DNA of 64,000 bases, taken from positions 109,432,001 to 109,496,000 of the forward strand of contig NC_045696.1 in NCBI RefSeq assembly GCF_009834535.1. Direction: 5' to 3'. This DNA comes from Camelus ferus (lineage: Eukaryota). The translations under genes were made by a program, and so were the position numbers. Below, one piece after another: positions 1 through 13,141 of the stretch. Within the stretch, counting starts at the first letter, position 1, and each line of letters opens with the position of its first letter. The notes beneath the pieces are model-generated. The model did not search any database. It worked only from the letters and a program-made list of their open reading frames with translations, and had not been told where the DNA came from.

Positions 1-1895
1 TCAACATATAGAGCATGTGCATCACCCCTAGAAATTTCTGTCAGTTCCACTCCCTCCCCAGCCCCAGCCCCAGACAACTGCTGATCAACTTTCTGTCACT
101 AGAGGTTAGTTTTGTCTTTTCTAGGAGTCCATATAAATGAAATCATACACTACATACTCTTTTGGGTCTTGCTTCTTTTACTCAGCATGATATTTTGACA
201 TTTTGTTCATTTTTATTGCTGGGTAATATTCCATGGAGGATATATATACTACAATTTGTTTACCCATTCATCTATTGATGGATAGCTGGGCTGTTTCCAG
301 TTTGGGGCTTATTGTGAATACAGCTGTTATGAATATTTGTGTACAAGTCTTTTCATGAACATGTGTTTTCATTTCTCTCAAAACCTAAGAGTGGAATTGC
401 TAGGTCACATGGCAAGTATAAAGTTTTACTTTATAAGAAACTGCAAAACTGTTGTACCATTTTACACACCCACGGTGTCTGAACAGCGTATGAGAGTTCT
501 GGGTGTTCCACATTCTCACCGACGTTTGGTATTGTCAGTTTCTAAATTTTGACCTTTCTAGTGGGTCACTGGCTGTGTAGTGGTTTCTCATTGTGATTTT
601 AATCCATAGTTTCCTGGTTACTAATGATCTCAGCATCCTTTCATGTGGCTTATCGATCATTCACATATTTTCTTTTATAAAGTCTGTTTAAATCTTTTGC
701 CCATTTTAAAACATCGAGTTGTTTGTCTGATTATTGAGTGGTAAGAGTTCTTTGTATATTCTAGATACAAATTCTTCATATAATATTTGTATTATGAATA
801 TTTTTCTCTTGGTGTGTGGCTTGTCTTTTCATTTGCTCAACAGCATCTTTTGAAGAGCAGAAGTTTTTAATTTTGATGAAATCTAAGTGATGAATTCTTT
901 TATGCTTAGTGCTTTATGTTCTTGTCTAAGAAATCTTTGCCTGTCCCAAGGTCACAAAAATTTACTCCTATATTTTTTTCCATAAATTGTATGGTTTTGG
1001 CTTTAACATTTACGTATATGCTACATTTCAAATTAGGTAAGAATTGAGGTTCCTTGTTTCTTCCCTTTACAGATATTCAGCATTATTTGCTGAAAAGATG
1101 ATTCCCTTTTTCCTATTGAATTATCTTGGTATCTTTGTTGAATATCAATTGACCATATATATGTGGGTTTATTTCTGGACTCTAATCTGTTCCATCAATC
1201 CTATGCCTATGTAACACTTTCTTGATTACTTCGGATTTCCAGTATATCTGAAAATTAAGTATAGTATAAGTTCTCCAAATTTGTCCTTCTCTTTCAAGAT
1301 TATTTTGGCTATTTTTTATCCTTAGCATTTCCATGTAAATTTAGTATCAGTTTTTTATTTCTACAAGGAAAGCCTGCTGGAATTTTTATTGAGATGGTAT
1401 TGAATATATAGTTCACTGTAGGGGAGAACTGACATCTTAACTGTGTAGCATCTCCCAACCGATGAACATGATATATTTCTTTTTTCTTTAGGTTTTCTTT
1501 GGTCTCTCTTAATAATATTTTATAATTTTTAGTGAAGAGGACTTATAATATTGTGTTAAATTTATCTTTAAATATTTCATATTTTTGATTGGTATTTTTA
1601 AAAATTTCATTTCCAGTTATTCTTTGCTGGTAAATAGAAATAAAATAGATTTTTATATATTGATCTTATATTCTGTAATCTTTCTAAATTCTCTTGTTGT
1701 TTCTAGTAACTTTTTGGGGGTAGATTCCTTAGGATTTTCAACATATATGAGCATGTTGTCTGCAAATAAAGACAGTTTCACTTCTTCCTTCCTAACCTTT
1801 ATTCATTTACTTCTTTTTCTTATCTTATTGCCCTGTCTCGTACCTCCACTATTATGTTGATTAGAAGTGGTGAGACAAACATCTTAGTTTCATTC
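1..1895 (-). mobile_element. Old L1M LINE remnant (3' UTR and ORF2 3' part), antisense
   Basis: T-rich + strand with typical antisense L1 phrases (gggctgtttccagtttggggc, gtggtttctcattgtgatttt, gggtttatttctggactc, gtctgcaaataaagacagtttcacttcttcc). Confidence 0.9.
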
Positions 1896-2009
1896 TTGGA
1901 GCATTCTCGGTTTCCTTCTTGAATTCCCACACCATGTCATGATTAGATCATATTGATTCTTCCTTTGAAATACATCTGGAGTCAAGTGACCTCTGATACA
2001 CTCTATATA

Positions 2010-2240
2010 ATGAGCTGGTTCAATGCATGGACTCTAGAGCCAGAATGTCTGGGTTCAGATCTGGACTTTACCAATTACTGGCTGTATATACTAGGACAGT
2101 TACCTAACCTCTTTGACTCAATTTTTTAATTTATATAAAGAGTGCGATTACAATGATACCTACTTCATAGTGGGGTTTTGTTGTTGTTGTGTGAGAACTA
2201 AGCCTTGGCTCGTGGCAAGTGCACACTGAATGTCGGTATC
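2010..2240 (+). mobile_element. MIR SINE
   Basis: gactctagagccagaatgtctgggttcagatctgg...gttacctaacctctttgactca...atacctacttcatag resembles MIR head and core. Confidence 0.75.
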
Positions 2241-4479
2241 AAATAAATCCCTAGGTGGTCGCACACTTCCAGCCCTGTCCTGTCAGCCTGTTCTCAACAC
2301 AGCAGCTAGATGGATCCTGTGAAAAGGTAAGGCAGAGCAGATCATACTCTAGTTCAAAACCTTCCAGTGGCTCCCATTTCAAAGTCAAAGCCCTCACAAG
2401 AGCCTGCTAGTCTAGGCTGAGGAGGGTCTACAAAAGCCCCCACCTCACAATTCAGAGACTCCCCTCTGCAGGGAGTGGACCACAGGAAGTTGTGTGAGTT
2501 GTTGGGGGTGGTGAGGCAGCCCTACCCTCCAGGAAGTGTGTTCTTGCCCAGCCCCAACTCCCATTCCCTCCCTGAGATAACAGGGCCTTGTCACTGCACA
2601 CAGGGTAGTCTCGAAGTGGCACTGGGTACAAAGCCCATTCTCAAAGGCTTGACAGGCAAGCTGCAGAGGCTGGGGAGACCCCAGTGAGGTCAGCCCACCC
2701 AGCAGCCAAGGTGCCTGAGTTGTTAATGAGCTGTGTGTCATGTCTAGGTGATCCTGGGGTGAGAGAATTTCAAGCAGCAGCCTCCTTGGCTTTGGAGGGG
2801 GAGGGGTGTCTGCCTGTGCCATCGGGAGGACACGGTCCAGCCTGTGTTGAATGTTCTCACTCCACGCCTGGGGCCTCAGAGGCTGTACTGGAAGGACCTT
2901 TGTGCTGGGTGCCAGAGATACATGATGAACGAGTCACAGGCCTGCCCTCTTGATGTTTATCATCTAGCAGGGAGGCAGACAAGCAAACGGCCAGTGGGGC
3001 AGGCACGGGAGTAGCAGGAACTCAGAGGACAGTAAACACAGAACCCTGGGGGTGTGGCAGGAAGTCAGGGAAGGCTTCTGGGGAAGGCTTCTGGGAAGGC
3101 CACAGTCCAATTTCTCAGGAATGAAAGTTGCACCAATCTTCACTGATTTCTTTAGTGATGGAGACTCGGAGGATTTTCTTTCCAACAGTTCTGATAAGCA
3201 GAGCACTGTCACCCACTTCTTACACACCTGCACTGATGTCACCTGGCCATCCTGTGTGAGTCAGTATCCTTACCTGGAAGCCCAGCCCAGAGTTGTGGTT
3301 CTCTCATTCCTGGCACAAGGGAAGTGGAGTGGGTTCTGACGGGCACTGAGCATCCACTGTGGGCCCTGCACTGTGCTGGGTGTCCTCTACGTGTTTGCAG
3401 CACGGCTCTGTGAGGTCAGGATCGCTATTTCCATTCTAGAGATGAGCAGGCCGAGGTTCAGAGGGATTCCGTTTTGTCCCAGCCATGCAACTGGGAAGAG
3501 GCCCAGCCTGGGTTCGCACATGGATCTGTCAGCCTGCAAGTCTTAGCCCTTCCCCCAGAACTCAGGGCTCACCTTTGCGCCCTCTGACACTCCTGAGCAA
3601 AGGGAGAGGGACATTTGTGGTGTCTCTCTCACAGCCTGCAGGCATCCGAATGTCGCAGTGGCCAGGGCTGTGACTCAGTGTGTTCCGAGAGCACCCCCAA
3701 ACTTCTTACTCAGTCTCTGTGGTAGTCTCGGGGAGGGCTACTCCCTTGACAAGTTAAACTCTGGGGCTGAGCCCTACTCCCTCTCACCGCCTGCCTGCCC
3801 AGCAGGAACCAGTACTCTTGCTGGCCAGTCTCAGGGAGACAGACAGACAGACTGACCGACACCCCTTCCCCAAAGATGGTTCCCCTTAGCAGCAGGTAAC
3901 ACGTTAAGGCCCACGTGGATGCTGTGACAGTTCTGCATCAAGCCCTTCCTGGGGGCCCGTCAGGGCTCTTCACTGAATCCTTCACCTCAAATCTCTGAGT
4001 CAGAATTTCCATCCTCATTTTATAGAGGAAAAAGAGGCTCAGGGAGGTTATTTTTTTTCAAGGTCGCGGTGTCTGATTGGAAACCCAACTGACCACAAGT
4101 CCATATTCTTACCCCAGCCCTCTCTCCTCCAACCCACCCTCTCTCCCTTTCTCTGGCCCCATCAGGAGCCGCAGACCCAGCTGCATCTCCGGGACTCGCG
4201 CTTTATCGCTCAGGGTGGTTCTCTGAACAGTGGGCGCTCTGCCGGGTGCCAGGCTAAGGAGCCTGTGTTTTCTCTTGGGGACAAGGACAGTTAGCAGGAC
4301 ACCAATGCATGGTTCAGGAGAGGTGACTGCAGAGTTTAAGTTAGGTCGCCGAGACGTCTTGTGGCCAAAGGCTCACCTCCCAGCCCAGCCTTCACACCAC
4401 TTTTTCACATTTCACATCAGGAGAAGTTGTGAGCAATTAGAACTGGGCTGGGGGCTCCCTGTCCTGGCTGTGTGTTGTA

Positions 4480-4615
4480 ATCCCCTGACCTGGGTCCCAC
4501 CCCAGAGATCCTGATTCAGTTGGTCTGGGTTGGGAAAGAAATATTACTGTTTTTAAAAAATCTTCCTTACCCCAGGTGATCCTAGTTTGCAGCCCCAGGT
4601 CAGGACCCCTGGTTT
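4480..4615. mobile_element. MER5A-like hAT-Charlie MITE fragment
   Basis: cctgggtcccacccccagagatcctgattcagttggtctggg...ccccaggtgatcct resembles MER5A. Confidence 0.6.
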
Positions 4616-7600
4616 GGATGGTGCAAATTCATGCTGCCCCCACCACCTCCCCACCGCCCTCCGGTTCAGACTTACTGGCCCCATAGGAGGTTCTGAACTG
4701 GAACCCAGTGGTGGTGGAGGGGCCTGAGCTGTGGGGCCTCTGCTGAGTGGACCCCCGATGCCCAATGGGGCTGGCTGGGCCCTTTGGAGAGCCAGACTCT
4801 TCACACGTCTGGACAGGGCTGGGCATATCCTGGAAGGATGGATCCCAGTTCCCGGCTCGCCTCTTCCTCAGGATTTCGGTGCTCTAACTTTTTTCCTTGG
4901 AAGTCTGACTTTATAGTCCTCTGGGCTTGGCTGAGTGCCATCCCCTTTTGCAGCCACGGAGCCAAGGGCCAAATGAGTGGGACACTCCCCGGGGGCTCCC
5001 AAGGCGACAGGCATCTTCTCTTCCTTTCTTCCTCTGTTCATTCAGCTTCTGTCAGCCACTCCTCTTGGGCAAGCCCCCCGCGGCTGTTGAGTCAGGGAGC
5101 TGATAAGGAGACACAGGCGACACACCCTCATGGATGACAGACAGCTGAGTGGCCATGACAGAGGGTGCGGAGGATGCAGCGGGGTGGGTGCGCTCTGGCA
5201 GGGCCAGTGTGGGACAGGGCTGTGCACATTTGCCTGTCCAATCATATGTTCTTGCTTTTGGCCAGCCCATCTTCTGGGCTGACTCCCGGCCTACGTCTCA
5301 CTCTGCCCTAGAGAAACCAGAAGTGAGGGGTCTGAGCTGTGGCAGGAGTTCTCATGGGGTTCACAGTGCCTCTGAGCAAGGGGCGTTGGGGCAGCTGAAC
5401 TCACGGGGGCTCCTTCTTGGGCACCTGATGCTCCTCAGACCGCAGCCTCCCTGCCTGTGCCGCCGCCTCCCCGCGTGTTGGTGGGGCACTGAGGAGGGTC
5501 GGGGCATCAGAGCCCCTCCAGGCAGAGCTCCTCGTCTGGAGGGACTTCCTGTTTGATGACTCCTCCTCCCTGCAGGGACACACTGGCCCAGCCGCCTGCC
5601 ACAGGCCAGAGTCCCCGGGAACCCCTTCCTTTCTTCTCACCTGACCCAATCTCACTGTACTTCCAGCCCAACTTTCCCCATAGGAGCTGAGTGTTTGGAG
5701 AGAGCCCTGTTATCAAGAAGGTGTAGAAACCCTGAAACACTGCCAGGTAGCTTCTTGCAAGCCATGAGGCATTAGGGCCAGCCCTGAGAAGCCTGGAGCT
5801 CTGATGCGGGTCCCCCAGGCTCCGAGCCCTGATGAGGGTCCCCCAGGACCTGAGATCTGACAGTGGTCCATCAGGCAGTAAGCTCTGTAACACCTTCTGA
5901 ATAGGGATTCTTCTGCCGTAGGACCCGGTTTCAGACACTGCAGCTCTGCCGGAGGCTCTCACAACATCCATTTTCAGAATGAATGAATCAGTAACTGACT
6001 GGCCCACTTCCCTCTGGCTGTCCCTCCTCCTCATTAGCCCAGGATTCCACACTCCACCCCACCCACCCCAGGAGTGTCTGCTGACCATCTGCTCATCGTT
6101 GCCTGCACTCACCTTTTCCTTCTTTGAGCACTGCACACTGTGCCCTCTTGGGGGGCATTTAAGCCCGTCCTTTCCCTTTCACCACACGCTGCCCTGTGCC
6201 TCTACTCTGTCTTCTCATTCCACGAGCACCTCCTCATTCATTTCCCATCATGGGTAGCGGCCTGCAAAGGACTGGGAGGGCTCGAGAGGCTCCAGGCTGG
6301 CCAGCTTCCCCAGGAGGCCAGCACTTCGCAGGAGAGGATGCGGGTCTGCCACTGGGCCCTGGGGAGCACACAGGAGGCTGCCTTCCCTGATGGGGATGGT
6401 GAAGGAAGGCCTGTCTGGAAACCCAGGGGATGAATAGTGAGGATGGAGGGAAGGGTCTATGAGGAGGAGAGGGTCAAAGAGAGGATGGGCCTCACTCCCC
6501 GAGGGCAGATTTATGGCAGGGCCAGGCGTCTGCTGCTTCCCATTCTGTATCACATGTGGCTGCAGGTCCAGACACAGGAGCTGGAGAGAGATGGGCAAAG
6601 AGAAGGAAGAGGGGAGGATCAGCCTGAGCGAGCTTGACCCCGGAGGGCCCGATGGCAGGCTCCCAGTACAGAGAGAAGGTGCCTAGTGGATTCTGGGACA
6701 GGGCAGAGGAAGTCAGGGCAGCATCCCGAGGGGTGCACTCCACTTACCCCCAGCCCAGCGAGTTCCAATCTTTTCAAGCATATCAATCCCCTTTTGGTAA
6801 CCAAAACCCTGATGTCTTTCACATGATTGACAGTGTTTTTGCCTTCTCTTTAAGCTAGTAATTTCCAGAAAGTGAATTAAAAGCAAACTGTCTACTTAGG
6901 TAAGGGCGTGGGACAAAATGGTCCCAAATGCTCTTTAGGATGGAATGTTCACCATTTTTAGAAAGTCAGCTTCATTTCAATAGATTAATTCCTTCCTCTC
7001 AGATTTGGTGTACTGTTTTAATTCCATCAAATACACAACTGGTGTATATTTGGACTTCATTAGTTGCATTATTTAAGAAGCCCAGGAATAGCACCATTTT
7101 GCTTAGAAATACTTTTTTTTAAATTATGGAAATCGTCAATTATAAAAGTAAAGAAAATAGTAGAACAAATCCCCATGTGTCCAGGACCAGCTGTAATAAT
7201 TAGCATATGATGGATCTGGTCTCATCTCCAAGCCCCACTCCCACTCCTTCCTCTGCCTCTAGGCACTGGATTCATTCAAAGTAAATTCCAGACAGATCGT
7301 TTCATCTGTGCATACTTTAGTTCCTAAGAAGTAAGGACTCTTTCTTCAAAAACATAACCACATGCTATTGTGACACCTAAAAGTTAACAATTATTCCTTA
7401 ATGCCATCATGGAATATTTATTCCATCATGTTTAAATTCCTCAGTTGTTTCATGAAATGGCTTTTTAATAAATGGTTTGTTTAAAACATCCAAACAAAGT
7501 TCACACATTGATTGAATTTGATGGGCATTACTTAAGTCTCCTGCAATATCCGGCATTTCTGCCTCTCTCTTTTTAATTTTGTTCCCTAGTCATTTATTTA

Positions 7601-8116
7601 TTGAAGAAACCAAGTCATCTGTCCTGCAGAGATTCCCATATTCTGGACTTTGTTGACTGCACCCTCTTGGTGTCATTCACATGTTTCTCTGTTCCCGCTT
7701 TCCTGTGAATGGTAGTTAGGTCTGGAGGTTTAATCAGATTCATGAGCAATTTTCTGTAAGAACATTTCATAGATGGTGCAATTTGGTTCTTATTTTTTGC
7801 AGCAAGAGTTGCATAAATGCTTGTCTCTGTTTTTGTGAGCTATTCATGGTAGAGTGATGCACTGCAGAATTTTTCATCAACATTCTAGCTAGTGGTTTTA
7901 AAGGACAGTCATTAACGAACATTTCCTAGATTAATTATTACATTAGGTTGTGCAAAATGGTGATTTTCAAATTCTGTCCACCCCTTTTGAACTTATTAGC
8001 TAACATTCATCTACAAAGAACTTTCCTACATCAACTATTTAGTTACCCTGATGTATAGTTTGTGCAGGAATTGCAATAAATGCTTTCCTTTTACCAATTT
8101 TCAAAACAATAAGCTG

Positions 8117-8262
8117 GTGTCCTAATAATTTCTAAAGGTGACCAGTGATGTGGGTGTCTGTCTGTCTGTCTGGGACCTTATCTTTGTGTCCTAATAATTT
8201 CTAAAGGTGACCAGTGATGTGGGTGTCTGTCTGTCTGTCTGTCTGTCTGGGACCTTATCTTT
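8117..8262 (+). repeat. Tandem duplication of 69/77 bp, identical except (GTCT)4 versus (GTCT)6
   Basis: Copy 1 at 8117-8185 and copy 2 at 8186-8262 both read gtgtcctaataatttctaaaggtgaccagtgatgtgggt(gtct)n gggaccttatcttt. Confidence 0.95.
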
Positions 8263-8640
8263 CCAAGAGCTACCAAGTTAGCCACCACAGCCAAAGACAT
8301 GCAACTCCTAGGTCAGAGACGGAGACCTTTTTCTCGCATCACAGCAAGCAACATGCACTTCGTGTTAGTGTCAGTCCTCTTATCTCCCAGGTCCCATGGG
8401 GTGACATGGAGCAGCCCAGATGGATGTCATACATGTAATAGGCCTGCATCACAGTGAGAAACACTTAACTTGGAGGATGAGGAGTCACCTTTGTCCTGGA
8501 GGAAGATGTTGATCATCCCCCAAGGTTGCTCTCTGCTAACATAACCCTGATCAATGACCTGAGCAAAGAGTGGCCAGGGCCTTGCATCTTTTGCATATCC
8601 ATAAAAGACATGCAGGGGTGCTCAGTGCCCATGGCCTGAG
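8215..8640 (-). mobile_element. MER54-like ERVL solo LTR
   Basis: Reverse complement reads gatgcaaggccctggccactcttt...gagcaaccttgggggatga...cctccaggacaaag...atccatctgggc...ccatgggac...ggctaacttgg, matching MER54A as I recall it. Confidence 0.75.
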
Positions 8641-9122
8641 TCAGTGTTTTTGTTTTTGTATTATTATGCATGGATTCAGTTTTTTAAGTATATTTGATGT
8701 AATATTTCATTGCAGTCATTATTCATTTTGATGCTCAAATCATTCTGTATCTGGTAAGTGGGACTTGACTCCTGTGATCTTCTGACATGACCCCAGTAGT
8801 CTCAGGTAGCATCCTTGCTTTCTAGTTTAACAAAGTTTTGCAGGCTTACCTTGTACATTTCTTGCTTCAGCCTCTGGACATTTCTCCCAGAAGACTTTTA
8901 TTGGGATATGGTATTTAGAGACCATAATCTAGGTGCTGGAGTGCTCATTGCTACTGGGTAAGTCATCAATTCTATGTCTTTTCAGAGGACAGAGCTAGGA
9001 AATAGGTATTTGTTTTTAAATATAAAAATAACTTGAGTCAATATTCATATTTCAAATTAAACTTTAAGATTACAGAATTTGACTTAACTTTAAAATTTTT
9101 GTATTTATATCTCTTTTCTCTC

Positions 9123-9286
9123 TTTTTTAAATTTCTTTTTGGGGAGGGAGGCAATTAGATTTTATTTATTTATTTATTTATTCATCTGTTTATTTATTTA
9201 TTTATTATTTTTTAATGGAGGTACTAGAGATTGAAGACCTTGTGCATGCTAAGCACACACTGTACCACTGAGCAACACCCTCTCCC
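9123..9286 (-). mobile_element. Vic-1-type camelid tRNA-Ala-derived SINE
   Basis: Minus strand GGGAGAGGGTGTTGCTCAGTGGTACAGTGTGTGCTTAGCATGCACAAGGTC...AGTACCTCCATTAAAAAA, (ATAA)n, CTAATTGCCTCCC, A-tail; imperfect TSD tatatctcttttct / tgtatcttttttct. Confidence 0.85.
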
Positions 9287-9852
9287 TGTATCTTTTTTCT
9301 TATGTCAAAAATTTTGATTCCTGCTAACACTAATATAATTATTTATTTTATCCTAATATATAATAATTTCAAAATAATATTACTAATATTATCACAACAG
9401 TATAATTATTCAACTGAGCAATTTAAGATTTCCTTGCAGTTTATTTTATCATATGTCTTATTTGAAATACTCAGCCAAATTACTGTATTTTAATGTTATA
9501 AAATACAGTAATAGTAACTCTCTGCATGATTAAGCCATCAGCTTGATATCCAGTTAGGTTCATTTCATTTAATTTTCTTTAATTATTCTCTAAAACATCT
9601 ACATGATTGCAAAGTCAAAGTAAATTTAGAGAAATTCGGCTTCCATTCTCTTCCCCTACACCCTTTACACTTCCTCTCCATACAGGAAACCATTTGTATT
9701 TCCTCTTCAACTGTTGTTGTTTTTGTCTTTAAATGTAGACAAATATATTTATATGTATTCCCCCAGAACTTATATAAAAACTAGTATACTATCCAGATGA
9801 TTCTACACCTTGCCTTTTCCCCATAGAACAATACATGCCCTGCAGATTATTC

Positions 9853-10290
9853 TGAAGGAGTAGAAAATGAACTAACTTCCCTGGTGCTAAAACTGTTTGC
9901 TGATTTTTTTCTAAGAAATCCTGCAATTTGCTTTCTCTCTCTTACTACTTTTTATGCTAAACAACCCACAAACATTCAATAGCTTTAACCAGGAAGAAGG
10001 TAATGGGCCAATAATCCCAGAAGAATGGACAGCCCCTCCGTAAAAGAATGTAAGGATGTAGCACCTTGTAAAACGCCCTGACTGTTATCACCTTTTCTGT
10101 TCCATCCAGTTTTCTGTAAGACCTCATAAGATCCCAACCCCGAGATGGATCCACAGTCCCTGAGGCACGAGCCTGCTGTGACTCCCCTTTGCCGGGCAAA
10201 GCAATAAAGCTGCTCTTTTCTCATGCTTCCAAACTCTACCTCCAAGCATCCACCTGTTTTTAGGGAACAGAGTCCGGTTTTGTGGCAGCA
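9853..10290 (+). mobile_element. ERV1-class solo LTR (MER34/MER39-type R/U5)
   Basis: TG...CA ends; AATAAA 10203-10208 preceded by gactcccctttgccgggcaaag; possible 4-bp TSD ATTC/ATAC; interrupts L1ME sequence. Confidence 0.75.
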
Positions 10291-10814
10291 ATACCAAGAA
10301 TGTATTCATAATTTTCTTTATTCTGCTTCATAGCTGCATGGAGCACCATTGTATTGACATGCTATGGTTTATTATACCAGTCCCTGATTGCTGGAAATGC
10401 AGATTTCCAGACTTTTGCTATTATAAACTGCGCTTTGGTCTTATAACATGTCGTTTTGTATTTTTTGCTAGTGTATCTTTGGGATAGGTTCCTAGAAGTA
10501 GGCCTGCTGAGAAAAGGGGGAAATACTCACGTAACTTTGCTAGATATTACCAAATTCCCCTCCATAGAGATGGTGCTATTTTGCATTTCCATCATTGCAT
10601 ACATTTTAAAGAGTGGCGTGACAGTTTTATTTAATATTTACAATAGGTCAAAAATTATTTTCAAGCAATTTAGACATATGATAAAATACTTCAGAGTTAA
10701 AAGTCCAAAGTGGTTTCAAAAATCTTTTAGGGTTTCCCAAGCAAAGCTTTAAAAACAAGTGGCATAGGAAACTGTAGAATGATTGGTTTATATTCATGTC
10801 GTTCCAAGGTGAAG

Positions 10815-11020
10815 GGTGAGGCTTTGACTCCAGGTAGACCTGTGTCCTCATTCCTGCCTCTCCATCTGTTGTCTGGGTGACCTTGGACAAGTCATTTAAC
10901 CTCTGGGACACCTGGGGAAAGCATTTGTAGGAAGTGTGTGATGAGATAATGCGTGAAAAGCCCTTGGCACAGAGTCTGGAGCAGGTGGACCACATTGCGG
11001 GAGAAATTATTACAATTTGA
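10815..11020 (+). mobile_element. MIR SINE
   Basis: ggctttgactccaggtagacctg...gggtgaccttggacaagtcatttaacctctgg...gagataatgcgtgaaaagcccttggcacagagtctgg. Confidence 0.8.
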
Positions 11021-13141
11021 CTTGTTATTGCCAGGCCCACACTGCCCCTCCCCATCCCTGTGAATCAGAGTGAATGATAGGGGAGAAGGTTGAGCAACTT
11101 GTCCCTGTTTGCCCTGGACTTTTCTGGCTTTAGCTCTGAAAGTCCCATGCCCTAGGAACCCCCTCAGTCCTGCATAAACTGAGACAGTTGGTCCCCCTCT
11201 TGGGGAAACAAGCTGGGGTTGAGGGCCCCAGGGACCTCTGCCAGAGGTTGGAGACAGCCCCTGCCAGCCCCCAGCACCCCCACCCCCGCCCCGTTCTCAG
11301 ATGGTCACACAGCAGGACAAAGCAAGCTGCTCTCACAGAGGGGACCAGAAATATTTTGAAGTTACAACGGAGCCCCCATCTTGAAAGGCTGACTGCCAAG
11401 GGAGATCGGGGCTGGGGCGGGGGGTGTGGTGCCCCCATCCTTTCTCTGAGTCTGTAGCTGAGAAGAGTTTTCCTTAAGGCCTTGGACTTTTTGGTATCAG
11501 CCAGAACTGAAAACCCCTTGGGCTGCCCCAGCATGGTTGATATTACATTGATAACAATAGTGAGGCGTATGGTTACCCTATTAGCTAGTCCAAACTACAC
11601 ATTTTAATGTAATAAAAAGCAATCTCAGAAAACGGTATTTAATCAGCGCTACTCACGAGCGGAAGTCATTGTTTAATATTGACCAAGCTAGTGAGAACAC
11701 TGATGTTTGGCAGCCTGAGCTTCAGGACTCATGGCAGGGATTTTCAGGCCAGACTTGTGTCACTCAGCTCCAATTATTTCAATATTTTCGCAAAAGAAAA
11801 ATGTCCTTCCATAGACTGCAGGGCACCCCAAGATTGCCAAGAAGCAGGCCGCTCAGCCAGAGAGTTCAGAGACATGCTGGGCTCCCCAGACCCACCTCCG
11901 ACATCCTAGGGCGGCCGAGCATCCCCAGGGACGATGCCGGTGCTCAGCTCTCCAGTTCCTGCCAAGAATCAGGCTCAGGGTGTGGCACTCCGACTGCTCG
12001 GAGGTTTAGTCCCGATGGGTTTATAACATGAGTCATACAACCAAATCCCATTAATTGCCCCTGAAATTATAACTTCGTGTTCAGAAGAGCTTATCAGTTC
12101 TTCAAGACCCAGCCTCGTCTCTCTCGCAGGGCGCTGTGGGGGGAAACGCGCGCAGTCTCCGGGCTGGTTACTCACTCCCCTGCTTCCTTGGATCTCACCA
12201 TCCGCCAGGCCTTGTCCCCCCGCCCTTTCAAGTGCATTGCGTTCCAGCTCCCCGTGGAGGATGTGCGGTCAGGTGGGGTGGTCTGGGACCCAACAGCACC
12301 CAGTGAAGTAAGTGAAGCTTCTCCGCTGTGGGCAGCCCGGGCAGGGGTGGTCCCAGGCACCGGCAGGATGTCCCCTCCCAGCCTCAGGCCTCCCATTATC
12401 ACCCTGATGCTGCCAAGGGTGGGCACCAGACTGAGGACTGGTCAATGGGGTGTCCTCTCCTGGGACCTTGATTCAGACTGCAGCTGCGGGAGTGGTTCAG
12501 AATTGGCCTGGTGCTCCAGAACCCCTGCCCTGCAGGGCCTCCACAGTCCCTCACGTGCCTTCCAGCGTGGGTGCTCTGAGGATGGGTGGGCTGGAGCCCG
12601 TGGCATGCCTGGGACCACAGCACTTGGCTGGCACCCAGTGGTGAGGAAGGCCTGGGGGCCACCTTGCTTGGGGACTTGCTTGTGAAGCAGTCTGGCTCCT
12701 TAGAGCTTAGGAAGTTTTTAAAATGTGAAAAATTAATTCCTTATTTTGATTAAGTAATACATAAACCTGATGCAAAATGCAAAATGTGTAATAAAGCCCA
12801 GTAAAAACGAAATCTCTATCCCGCTCCTGTTTCCCACCCCATGCTGCCAGCATCCTTAGTTCCCTCGGAAAGCTAACCTATATATATCCACTAGTATGGT
12901 GACTTTTAACATCACAAACGGAATTCACCTACTCACACGCTGTTCTGCATTCTGCTTTTTCTCACTAATGACACCATTGAGTCGCTAGTTTCTGATGGGA
13001 GGACCTAACTGGTGCTTTTGTTGGAAGGAACAAGGGCGGCTTGAAGAAATTTGCTTCGAGGTGGGAGGCTGGTCTCCAGGGGCCTGCAGAACAGGAGCTG
13101 GGGGCAGCCTCTGAGTGGCCCTGTGGCTCCTCCAGAGCTAC

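Larger units (their letters stand above)
7112..10595 (-). mobile_element. Composite old L1MC/L1ME remnants, antisense, interrupted by a MER54-like LTR, a Vic-1 SINE and an ERV1 LTR
   Basis: AT-rich block starting ttttttttaaattatggaa with L1MC-type 3' end phrases; L1 text resumes after each insertion (e.g. atagctgcatggagcaccattgtattgac, tttccagacttttgctattataaac). Confidence 0.75.

Noticed and set aside
5507..12685. ORFs of about 200 aa at 5507-6136 and 12077-12685
   Set aside because: No recognisable family or exon structure; consistent with chance in GC-rich DNA.
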